A stretch of DNA of 11,724 nucleotides, taken from assembly GCA_013375475.1 (NCBI GenBank), contig JABXKD010000085.1, positions 1-11,724 on the forward strand. The letters are read 5' to 3'. A model generated the notes under the pieces. It was not told the origin of the DNA. It worked only from the letters and a program-made list of their open reading frames with translations, and did no database searches. The stretch comes from Promethearchaeota archaeon. Its GTDB lineage: Archaea; Asgardarchaeota; Lokiarchaeia; Sigyniarchaeales; SOKP01. Of this stretch, positions 1-7,809 are shown in pieces (within the stretch, counting starts at the first letter, position 1; the number at the start of each line of letters is the position of its first letter). Position numbers and translations under genes: made by a program.

Positions 1-3000
1 AGTTTTAGTTTGTTTTTCTTATATTGGTTTAGTCAAAATGTATTTCCTGATAATGTGGTGATAACGAATATCGTGTTTGTTGTTTTCGCTATATCTTTAT
101 TGGTACCTTTGATCTACCGATTAAGAATGTGGAAGATTATTACTATTCTATGGCTAATTTACACCGGCGTTAACATTACATTTCTCTTCGCTTTATTTTT
201 GGAAATCGGTTTACCCTTAGAGATTATTTTATCAATCAATATAATCATATTAGGTTTATTTTTTCTGATTTTATCATTTTTCCCCAATCTTAAAAACATT
301 AAAAATATAGTTCTCGTAGGATCTTATCTTACATCTCTAATTGGACTTTTCCTTACAATATTTTACATCATAAATGGAATAATCTTTAATATTTACATAT
401 CAATCAATTTAGCCTTTATAACAATTGCTTTAAGTTTATTTTCATCAAGACTACTTAAATTCAACAAGACTTTTTTTAATGTCTTAATCTCATCAATATT
501 GGTTGTAAATTTCTCGCTCTTTACTTACAATACGCTTGTTCTGATTCCGGATTTCGAATTTTTTTCAATATTTCTAGCAATTACGGTATTTGGAGGTTCT
601 CTTTTCATATTTAATAAATACAGAATGATTATTCCGATAAAAAAGATAATCCCCTTGACGATTTTATCGCTTGGTGTGTCTTTAACATTATCTTTACTAA
701 CATATGTGTTCCTCCCTGGCTTTATTTATTTAACAATTGCCGTTTTTATCTTAGTAAATTCAATTTTTCTTAGATCGGTACTCTATGAATACCGTTCTAT
801 TTTGTGGTATGCCTTTCCAATTCCATTAATCTTAATATTTTTGCAATTTATGGTATTAATTGATTTATTTCAATCTCCTTTTATTATATCTTTATTATCT
901 CTGCTATTTTATACTGCTTTATTTCAAATTCCTTGCATGGTGTACAGGAAAAATGTTAAGAAACAAGAAGATCTTAAAGATTTTGGTTTACTTAAAGTTG
1001 AATCAATTCTCTCATTGTTTTTACATTTTGAAATAGGATTATTGAGTTTTAGTTTAATCAGTGAAAATTTGGATATTAGTTTCTTTGAAACAGCTTTACT
1101 CTCTGCAATAATCTTCTTCGTCTCAACTTTATTCGAAATCCATATTATTAAGAAAGTTAACGAAAAAATAATATATTCCTTTAATATTATTGCCTACATC
1201 TTTATTTCCATTGGTTTATTCATATTTTTAAACCAATTTATCGCGATAGATGTATCTATATTCGTCTTAAATCTAGTAATACTTTTAACATTACAATTCT
1301 ATACGCTTTATGCGTTATGCCATTACATTGGAAAACTAACTCAATACGAGGAAAGTGTAATAAAGAAAGTTAGAAAACAGATACAAAATATTTTACTAAA
1401 TTCAATTTTCGTAATAGTTAGTTTGTACATTTCATTATTATTGAGCAATTTACTAATCGCATATAATCCATCATTAACGGGATATCCATCATTAAGTTTC
1501 TCTGGAATGATATTTTCTCTATTGATGTTTATCCTTAACGGATTAGTGAATCGCACAATAGAAATTAAAATCAAAAATATTATTTTATTAGGCGCTTATA
1601 TTTTCTTTCAATTCTTTTTTGCCGCCTTTTGGATAGCTTTTTTCACAATATTTGATCTTTTTGATGTATTTAGAATTCTCTTAATTATAATATCTGAAAC
1701 AATCTTTACCTCCTTTACGATATACATATCAGGAAAAGTAACTAAAAGCGAGAAATGGAAGGAAACCATAAAGAAAATATATTCGTTTATTATATTTTGC
1801 ATTTATCTAGAAACCTCATTCTTGTTTTTAGGATTATTTCAATTATTCCTAGGCTTCTATGAAAGCTTACTGTTTTCACAGATCATATTATTCTTGATAA
1901 GTATAATAGAAATTTATGCTATTAAGCGTCTTAAGGAAGGATCTATGGAAATAGTACACACAATAAGTTTCGTAAATATCTCCTGGATTCTTTTTATCAT
2001 TTTATATAGCATGTTTAGTTATTCTACGCTCTTTTTAGTTTTAATAGTGTTTTTAATGATTTTATTGCAATTTTACACGAATTATTCATATTTTGATATT
2101 AGGCGAAAGTTCAATCCAGAAAAATTGAATGTATTCTTAAAATGGAAGGATTTTAGAAAAAATATATTAGGATGGGGTGTTTACATACTTCTTTTGGGGA
2201 GTATTTTTAACTTATTCGCAATTTTAGGCTTTGAATTTTATTTAATTATCTTAATTATAAGCCTGACCACACATTTACTAGCTCTATTTGATAAATATAT
2301 GTTAAAGTTTTTAGGAAACGCATCGAATTTCTTTATAAGCTTTTCTTGGATCATATTGATTGGCTTTTCAATTTTATTCTATCTTGAATGGATTTCTATA
2401 TCCTTTATCCAGATAATACCGATAATTATTTTTATCTTAATAATTCAATTCGCCTACCTATTTAGATTATTGAAGGATTGGGAGTTTATCAAAAAAAACC
2501 AATCAAAAATTAACATTTCTCTTGTGAAGCTGGTTTATCTTAACTTAATCACTTGGCCTTTATATTATATTAGCTCTGATTTGTTTATTTCACTGAATTT
2601 AGTTCTTTTTTCGTTTATAGTTTTGCTGGTGTTAACATTCCTGGACGATTACGTTAAAACAATAACAGAAAAGAATAGGAAATATCTAAAGGTCACGAGT
2701 TTCGCCATTACTGAAGTTTTGTTATCCTCTGATATATTTTTGGCTTTAGAATTATTTGTAAATCCTAATATAATTCTTAACATTAGCATTGCTTTATGCT
2801 TCTTTATGATTGTAAATTTAGGGTTATTTAAACCTTTTAAACGCAAGAAAATAAGTTCTTTCCTCTATACTTTAGCTTTGTTTTTGTTGTTAAGTATAAT
2901 TACATTTAATATGTCATTATCGGGCTGGAGTTTCTCATTGATTTTTGTAGGAATTTTGCTATACCTATTTGTTTTTATGCTGGAAGAATTGAAAGCCTTT

Positions 3001-3564
3001 TTCAACAATATCGTAGATAATTTAAGATTAATGTTTATAAAGTTGAAGAACTTCCTTCTAAGAGGATATTATAAGCTCGTTAATTTCTTAAAAAATAACA
3101 TTAGGTTTATAATGTATATTCTTTGTGTGTTCGCGGGTATAATTGTGGGAATAACTTTTTCTGAAATTGGTTTATGGCCATTGCTAAGATGGGATCATGC
3201 AACCTTATTAGCCCCGGCAACTTCTGGAATTTTAATTTCTTTAATCCCACCTAAGAAAACCGACGACCTAGATATAGTTTTTAGGAAACGGATGCAACGA
3301 TTTATAACTCTTTGGGTTAGTTTTACAGCTTTTGTGTTTGTACTAATACTACCATATATTACATCATTTCTTTTCGGTTTGATTCTGATTCTTTCATCTG
3401 TAATTATATTAGGAGCAATATTGGCTATTTATATATACAGAATTGAAAAAAAACAGAAGATTTCAATCAAGTGGAGGTTTTACACAACAATAGTTTTAAT
3501 AACCCTAACGATTACTTGGGCTCTGTTATTAGTTGTTTTTTACCTTACTGAAGTTGCAGTATAA
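1..3564 (+). CDS. Giant polytopic membrane protein of unknown function, 5'-truncated by the window edge, with internal ~260-aa repeats
   Basis: The frame is open from base 1 (AGT TTT AGT TTG...), so the TTG at 10 is probably not the true start. More than 1180 aa of ~20-aa hydrophobic stretches separated by Lys-rich loops (roughly 30 TM segments by eye). Stop TAA at 3562-3564. No catalytic or transporter motif recognised. Confidence 0.85.
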   Translation, partial: SFSLFFLYWFSQNVFPDNVVITNIVFVVFAISLLVPLIYRLRMWKIITILWLIYTGVNITFLFALFLEIGLPLEIILSINIIILGLFFLILSFFPNLKNIKNIVLVGSYLTSLIGLFLTIFYIINGIIFNIYISINLAFITIALSLFSSRLLKFNKTFFNVLISSILVVNFSLFTYNTLVLIPDFEFFSIFLAITVFGGSLFIFNKYRMIIPIKKIIPLTILSLGVSLTLSLLTYVFLPGFIYLTIAVFILVNSIFLRSVLYEYRSILWYAFPIPLILIFLQFMVLIDLFQSPFIISLLSLLFYTALFQIPCMVYRKNVKKQEDLKDFGLLKVESILSLFLHFEIGLLSFSLISENLDISFFETALLSAIIFFVSTLFEIHIIKKVNEKIIYSFNIIAYIFISIGLFIFLNQFIAIDVSIFVLNLVILLTLQFYTLYALCHYIGKLTQYEESVIKKVRKQIQNILLNSIFVIVSLYISLLLSNLLIAYNPSLTGYPSLSFSGMIFSLLMFILNGLVNRTIEIKIKNIILLGAYIFFQFFFAAFWIAFFTIFDLFDVFRILLIIISETIFTSFTIYISGKVTKSEKWKETIKKIYSFIIFCIYLETSFLFLGLFQLFLGFYESLLFSQIILFLISIIEIYAIKRLKEGSMEIVHTISFVNISWILFIILYSMFSYSTLFLVLIVFLMILLQFYTNYSYFDIRRKFNPEKLNVFLKWKDFRKNILGWGVYILLLGSIFNLFAILGFEFYLIILIISLTTHLLALFDKYMLKFLGNASNFFISFSWIILIGFSILFYLEWISISFIQIIPIIIFILIIQFAYLFRLLKDWEFIKKNQSKINISLVKLVYLNLITWPLYYISSDLFISLNLVLFSFIVLLVLTFLDDYVKTITEKNRKYLKVTSFAITEVLLSSDIFLALELFVNPNIILNISIALCFFMIVNLGLFKPFKRKKISSFLYTLALFLLLSIITFNMSLSGWSFSLIFVGILLYLFVFMLEELKAFFNNIVDNLRLMFIKLKNFLLRGYYKLVNFLKNNIRFIMYILCVFAGIIVGITFSEIGLWPLLRWDHATLLAPATSGILISLIPPKKTDDLDIVFRKRMQRFITLWVSFTAFVFVLILPYITSFLFGLILILSSVIILGAILAIYIYRIEKKQKISIKWRFYTTIVLITLTITWALLLVVFYLTEVAV

Positions 3565-3654
3565 TTTGCGTCAGCTTAAAATTTAAGATCGAAATGGATT
3601 ACATCACTAAGTTTTAAATTAGAGTTGCAAAAAAAGTTCAGGTTATAATATTTT

Positions 3655-3819
3655 CTAAAGGTTGCTGTTCTTCCATTTCTTTAAATGTTTCTTAAAATCA
3701 TCATCACTCATTCCAATAGAATTCAAGCTAATTATTTTCGTACTCGAAATCTCTGATCTCGGGTTTTTAAATCCAAGTTCCCAATCGAAAAAAGAAACTA
3801 CTTTTGATGACATAATCAT
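3655..3819 (-). CDS. Possible small protein (54 aa) or gene remnant, below the ORF-track length cutoff
   Basis: Manual translation: MIMSSKVVSFFDWELGFKNPRSEISSTKIISLNSIGMSDDDFKKHLKKWKNSNL*. It sits in an otherwise empty 400-bp gap. A TTTATAA element lies ~60 nt upstream on the minus strand (about 3877-3884). No family recognised. Confidence 0.3.
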   Translation of the reverse strand: MIMSSKVVSFFDWELGFKNPRSEISSTKIISLNSIGMSDDDFKKHLKKWKNSNL

Positions 3820-3965
3820 AATTCAACATTAGACAAAAATAAAGGGATACAGACTGATAATTTACTAAAAAATCACTTATAAAATGATATTAGAAGGCGT
3901 GTAATTATAAAATAATTTTTAAAAAAAAGTGAATTAAAAGAAAACCTTGATAAAATCCTATTTTG

Positions 3966-4928
3966 TTATTTGATACTTTCGATCGAAATTTTAGGATTGG
4001 TTAGGTTTATACCTATCTCCCTGAGTTCATTAATGATTTTATCGACAATTTGTTTTGCTTCAGAATTTCTCTTCAAACCACTTATCATCATTTTACCCTT
4101 AGAAAATAAAATGATTGTAGCGCTTGGGTTCTGGTTTTTAATAATCAACCCGGGAAATTTCTCTGGATTAAACTCAGCATTTTCGATTTTTTGAGCGATT
4201 TGACTCAGGTCTAACTTTTTTTCAATCTCCAATGACACGGTTATTTCATGCTTCGAAATTCTTTGATGTAACACTATCTCTATTTTTTTATAGAATTCTT
4301 TTAAATTACCTTTCAAATCTTCATAAAATCTTCTAACATCTGCTTGTTCTTCTTCAGAAAATGAATCTAAATCATTTATGTATAAAGCTTTGAAATTATC
4401 TTGAGTAGCACTTAATTGCGATTCAAAATCAGTACAGAGAGAGTGAATTATTTCTTCAATCGCTTGATTAATTTTCCGATCTAAACTTACACTGATCATT
4501 AACATTTCTTTATTTCCACGAGCCCAATCCGAGTGGAGTTCAAAATAATAATTTGCGGAAGATATAATACTGGATTGATTGATGAAAAATCTTTCTTTAG
4601 AAGCTTGAATCATTATTTCAGCGATACTTTCTTTTTCTAAATTATTCAGAACATTCTCTGGAAATGAATAGAATACATGAGGACCACTTCTTCTTTTAAA
4701 GAAGGTCAATGTAACAGTAGTTTTTGTAGCGAGTTTCGCTTCAGGGATTAAAATAAGAGTATAAGAAACATCAGGATCAAGGAGTTCATCATCAATATAC
4801 GCTTTACTTATAGGAAATTTAGCCCCATTCTTATGTACCCTTAACATTTGACGCCTTAGGCTTATGCCCCCAAATTTATGTGAATCTACGATCATTTTTT
4901 TTCTATCTTTTTCATTCATGATTTCCAT
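3966..4928 (-). CDS. Three-domain fusion: AbrB/MazE-like N-terminus + longin/uDENN-like domain + one TATA-binding-protein (TBP) repeat
   Basis: aa ~224-320 match one archaeal TBP repeat (LDLSQIA...AEFNPEKFPGLIIK..NPSATIILFSKGKMMISG.K). aa ~70-220 show the uDENN/longin pattern TFF...GP...YSFP plus YYFELHSDWARGNKEMLMISV. aa ~20-63 resemble a swapped hairpin (GAKFPISKAYID..LL.P...YTLILIP). RBS-like GAGGT lies 8 nt before the ATG. Confidence 0.85.
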   Translation of the reverse strand: MEIMNEKDRKKMIVDSHKFGGISLRRQMLRVHKNGAKFPISKAYIDDELLDPDVSYTLILIPEAKLATKTTVTLTFFKRRSGPHVFYSFPENVLNNLEKESIAEIMIQASKERFFINQSSIISSANYYFELHSDWARGNKEMLMISVSLDRKINQAIEEIIHSLCTDFESQLSATQDNFKALYINDLDSFSEEEQADVRRFYEDLKGNLKEFYKKIEIVLHQRISKHEITVSLEIEKKLDLSQIAQKIENAEFNPEKFPGLIIKNQNPSATIILFSKGKMMISGLKRNSEAKQIVDKIINELREIGINLTNPKISIESIK

Positions 4929-4962
4929 AATAAATTACCTCTATAAGATCAATTGAAATGAT

Positions 4963-4972
4963 TATTTATAAA
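4963..4972 (-). promoter_or_regulatory. Putative archaeal TATA box for the TBP-domain fusion gene
   Basis: Minus strand reads TTTATAAATA ~35-45 nt upstream of the ATG at 4928, in a divergent AT-rich intergenic region. Confidence 0.45.
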
Positions 4973-5108
4973 TTTATGTTATATTTAATGAATTATTAAT
5001 TGAACAATTAGATGAACATATAACGCAAATATCAGAATTTGCTTAGATTTTCTATATTTTGATATAAAAGAGAAAATTAAATATTAATCGAAGTTTTTAG
5101 TGAATATT

Positions 5109-5654
5109 ATGGAACAAAATAACAATGCTAAAAATTTAAATGTTCGAGACTGGATTGTTCTTAGCACAACTATGATTGCTGCGGTCTTAACGATCCTCGC
5201 TTTAATTTGGCAAGCGCGTCCTTCCACAGGTATTGTCAGTATCACATTCTTACTAATGCTTTCGTTTGTGTTTTTCGTCAATTCCGTCTCATCTAATTCT
5301 AGAGCTAATTTTGAGGCCAAAGTGGGGAAGATATCAGAAAAAAAAATTAGTAATTTTGTTACTTTTGCGGAGTATTCGTTCGGATTCGGTTTCACTCTGG
5401 TCATTAATGCGTTTTCTATCCTAGGTTATAAGTATCTCTTAGATTTTATGGGACGAGAGGTTTACGTTTTGATCTTACCGATAGCATTCCTGTTAACAGC
5501 ATGGATTATAATCATAATTTACAATTTTATAAACTATTCTGGAAAAGTATGGAGAGGTTTGAGGAGTTTAAAGCGAAATCTTTGGACACTCCTAGAAATA
5601 ATTTGTTTAGTATTTATAGTGCTTGATTTCTTTGGTATATTAGTAATTCCTTAA
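5109..5654 (+). CDS. Hypothetical membrane protein (~5 TM helices)
   Basis: ORF 5100(GTG)/5109(ATG)-5654 with about five hydrophobic segments; ATG at 5109 preferred. No recognisable motif. Confidence 0.75.
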   Translation: MEQNNNAKNLNVRDWIVLSTTMIAAVLTILALIWQARPSTGIVSITFLLMLSFVFFVNSVSSNSRANFEAKVGKISEKKISNFVTFAEYSFGFGFTLVINAFSILGYKYLLDFMGREVYVLILPIAFLLTAWIIIIIYNFINYSGKVWRGLRSLKRNLWTLLEIICLVFIVLDFFGILVIP

Positions 5655-5682
5655 ATTTTTCTTATAATTAAAGTGATAAAAA

Positions 5683-6306
5683 ATGCCAGTCAAAGTAGAC
5701 TTCAAGAAAAGTATGAAGGAGTATTATCAACCCAAACCAAATGAAGTTGTGTTAGTTAACGTACCTGAAATGCAGTTCCTAATGATTAATGGTATGGGGT
5801 CTCCTGGAGATTCAAAAGAGTATCAAGATGCTCTCGCTGCTTTATATCCTATATCATTCAAAACAAAATTCTTAAGCAAGGCGAATGGAAAAGATTATGT
5901 CGTACCTCCCTTGGAAGGATTATGGTGGGCTGATAATATGGATGATTTCATCGAGGGAAACCGAGATAAGTGGAAGTGGACAATGATGATTATGCAACCT
6001 GATTGGATTACCCAAGATATGATTAATGAAGCTATAACTATTACTGAGGAGAAGAAACCTGAACTTTCAAATCTAATTTCAAAACTTAGGTTAGAAAAAT
6101 ACAATGAAGGAAAAGCAGCTCAAATTATGCACATTGGTCCCTATTCAGAGGAGGGTCCTACAGTTCAGAAAGTTCACGATTTTATTCAAAAAGAAGGGGG
6201 TAAATTTGATGGCCAAAAAAATAAGCATCATGAAATCTATCTTAGTGACCCGAGGAAAGCTAACCCCGCTACTATGAAAACTGTTATCAGACAATCATTT
6301 ATTTAA
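5683..6306 (+). CDS. GyrI-like small-molecule-binding domain protein (COG4832 / Lin2189-YtkR7-like)
   Basis: Characteristic motifs VVPPLEGLWW, W.WTMMIMQP, HIGPYSEE and HHEIYLSDPRK. GTGAT RBS upstream. Confidence 0.9.
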   Translation: MPVKVDFKKSMKEYYQPKPNEVVLVNVPEMQFLMINGMGSPGDSKEYQDALAALYPISFKTKFLSKANGKDYVVPPLEGLWWADNMDDFIEGNRDKWKWTMMIMQPDWITQDMINEAITITEEKKPELSNLISKLRLEKYNEGKAAQIMHIGPYSEEGPTVQKVHDFIQKEGGKFDGQKNKHHEIYLSDPRKANPATMKTVIRQSFI

Positions 6307-6308
6307 TA

Positions 6309-6340
6309 TTTTTCACATATTTTTTTTCGTTATTTTTTTT
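6309..6340 (+). terminator. Putative archaeal oligo-T terminator
   Basis: Several T-tracts (T5, T9, T8) immediately after the GyrI-like gene stop. Confidence 0.55.
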
Positions 6341-6419
6341 GATCTTAAAGTATATTAATTTTTTTGTTTAAATGAAATCTTCTTCTCTCCCTTTTCCTTA
6401 AACACATCGTTTCAATACT

Positions 6420-6427
6420 TTTAAATA
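6420..6427 (+). promoter_or_regulatory. TATA box (TTTAAATA), probably driving a leaderless or short-leader transcript of the 6448 gene
   Basis: Exact TTTAAATA ending 20 nt before the ATG at 6448. The same octamer occurs at 7092(+), 9713(-) and 10569(-). Confidence 0.5.
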
Positions 6428-6447
6428 TCCTATTTCTTATTGGGTGA

Positions 6448-6765
6448 ATGGACTTGAAAAAAGAAATCCTAACTGTTAAAGGATATAACACAGACCAAGT
6501 AATTGAGGAGTTTTGTCTTTATTTTGGCTCAGATGCTAAAATAGTGTTTTCTAATGAGAGCGTGCGCGTAGTTGTGGTAGAAAAGTTCTTTTTTAGAATA
6601 AAGAACGATGTAGCTGCGACTGTAATTTTTGAACTGAGAAGTCAAGACATCATGGATGTTCATATTATTGTAGCTGGGGGGAGTGATATGATGGGTTTCA
6701 CGTTCGGAGTGTATAAATCTATGATCAAAAAGATATGTAAATTTTTTGAAAGATATGGAGTTTAA
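6448..6765 (+). CDS. DUF6054-like small alpha/beta protein
   Basis: 105 aa. The pattern VVVEKFFFR..N.VA.TVIF...VHIIVAGGS....F.FG resembles the DUF6054 family as I recall it. Confidence 0.6.
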   Translation: MDLKKEILTVKGYNTDQVIEEFCLYFGSDAKIVFSNESVRVVVVEKFFFRIKNDVAATVIFELRSQDIMDVHIIVAGGSDMMGFTFGVYKSMIKKICKFFERYGV

Positions 6766-6792
6766 AAAACTTCTAAAATTTTGTGACTAAAT

Positions 6793-7029
6793 GTGAAAAA
6801 ACCACGATGTGATAATTGCGGACAGAAAGTTCACCCCGCAAAATCCGCTATACAAAGTTTTGATACCATATTATCAGAAATTCCTTCTTATTGTCCTCAC
6901 TGTGGAGCGAAACTTTCAGATACAAAGCAAAAACAAGTGGATAAATATACAGATCATCTTACTATTGTTAAATGCATTCCCATTATAGGGTTCATCATTC
7001 TTATTATAATTCTAATTATGATATATTAA
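6793..7029 (+). CDS. Zinc-ribbon protein with a C-terminal transmembrane anchor
   Basis: CDNCG...CPHCG (two CxxC knuckles) and hydrophobic C-terminus IPIIGFIILIIILIMIY. GTG start preceded by GTGA. Confidence 0.75.
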   Translation: MKKPRCDNCGQKVHPAKSAIQSFDTILSEIPSYCPHCGAKLSDTKQKQVDKYTDHLTIVKCIPIIGFIILIIILIMIY

Positions 7030-7091
7030 ATAGCGTAAGTTAATTCAGGCAATAATAAATAAGGACATACAGAGATGCTAATAAGCAAACA

Positions 7092-7099
7092 TTTAAATA
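7092..7099 (+). promoter_or_regulatory. TATA box of the padR-radical SAM unit
   Basis: TTTAAATA preceded by the purine-rich, BRE-like AAGCAAAC. Confidence 0.6.
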
Positions 7100-7116
7100 T
7101 ATTTTAATGATTATAT

Positions 7117-7140
7117 CAGTCACTGGTAGTCCAGTCACTG
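7117..7140. promoter_or_regulatory. Putative PadR operator: two CAGTCACTG palindromes forming a 24-bp imperfect inverted repeat
   Basis: CAGTCACTG at 7117-7125 and 7132-7140. Full element CAGTCACTGG-TAGT-CCAGTCACTG. It covers the expected transcription start ~25 nt downstream of the TATA box. Confidence 0.65.
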
Positions 7141-7190
7141 TAGTATTTTTTGCTCATAGAAGTACAATTATTCATTATCTTAGATTAATT

Positions 7191-7775
7191 ATGGTTGAAA
7201 ATTACAACAAGAATTTCGAAAAAGTGATGAAAAAAAATTTTACTAATATCTTTATTCTTTCTATTCTTGAAAAAGGGCCTTCTCATGGTTATAAGATAGG
7301 AAATGAAATTGAAAAGCGTAGTCTAGGAATGTGGAACCCATCTGCATCGACATTATATTGGATCCTAAATAATTTAAGGGAAAAGGGATTCATTCGACTC
7401 CTTGAAGAAGATAAGGTTAAGAAAGTATATGAAATTACAGATATGGGTGAAGAAGCATTAAGATTAATGAAAGCAACTCAAAAAAAGATAAGAAATACCT
7501 ATCGTCGGTTTTTAGCTGCATCGATAGATATTAGAGATTCAAGTGATTTAGAGGATCTCGAACGGTTTGAAGAAATTCCTTCAATCCAAGTGTTACCAAC
7601 CGCATTAAGACCAGAACGATTTAAAGGTAATATATCCCTTAATGAAAGAATCACACTTCTTGAAACTAAAAAAGCAGCACTTGTAGAAACTCGAGATCGG
7701 ATGGATGAATATATCAAGGACTTTGATAATACAATCTTAAAACTCAGAAATGAACTGGGCAAACAGGAAAATTAA
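7191..7775 (+). CDS. PadR-family winged-helix transcriptional regulator with C-terminal coiled coil
   Basis: Motif ILSILEKGPSHGY.I..EIE.RS.G.W.PSASTLY..L..L.EKG.I......KKVYEITD.G.EAL. ATG at 7191 is preferred over 7107, whose extension overlaps the promoter and operator. Confidence 0.92.
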   Translation: MVENYNKNFEKVMKKNFTNIFILSILEKGPSHGYKIGNEIEKRSLGMWNPSASTLYWILNNLREKGFIRLLEEDKVKKVYEITDMGEEALRLMKATQKKIRNTYRRFLAASIDIRDSSDLEDLERFEEIPSIQVLPTALRPERFKGNISLNERITLLETKKAALVETRDRMDEYIKDFDNTILKLRNELGKQEN

Positions 7776-7809
7776 AAAAAGTTATGAAATATTGAGAGTT
7801 GATAAAAAA

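Noticed and set aside
3966-4928. Annotating this ORF as the canonical tbp gene
   Set aside because: It contains only one TBP repeat, fused behind ~220 unrelated residues, and lacks the conserved DNA-contacting Asn.
7107-7190. N-terminal extension of PadR from ATG 7107 (likewise the radical SAM start at 7750)
   Set aside because: 7107 lies only 8 nt from the TATA box and the extension runs through the operator. 7750 overlaps padR, while ATG 7810 has a better RBS context.
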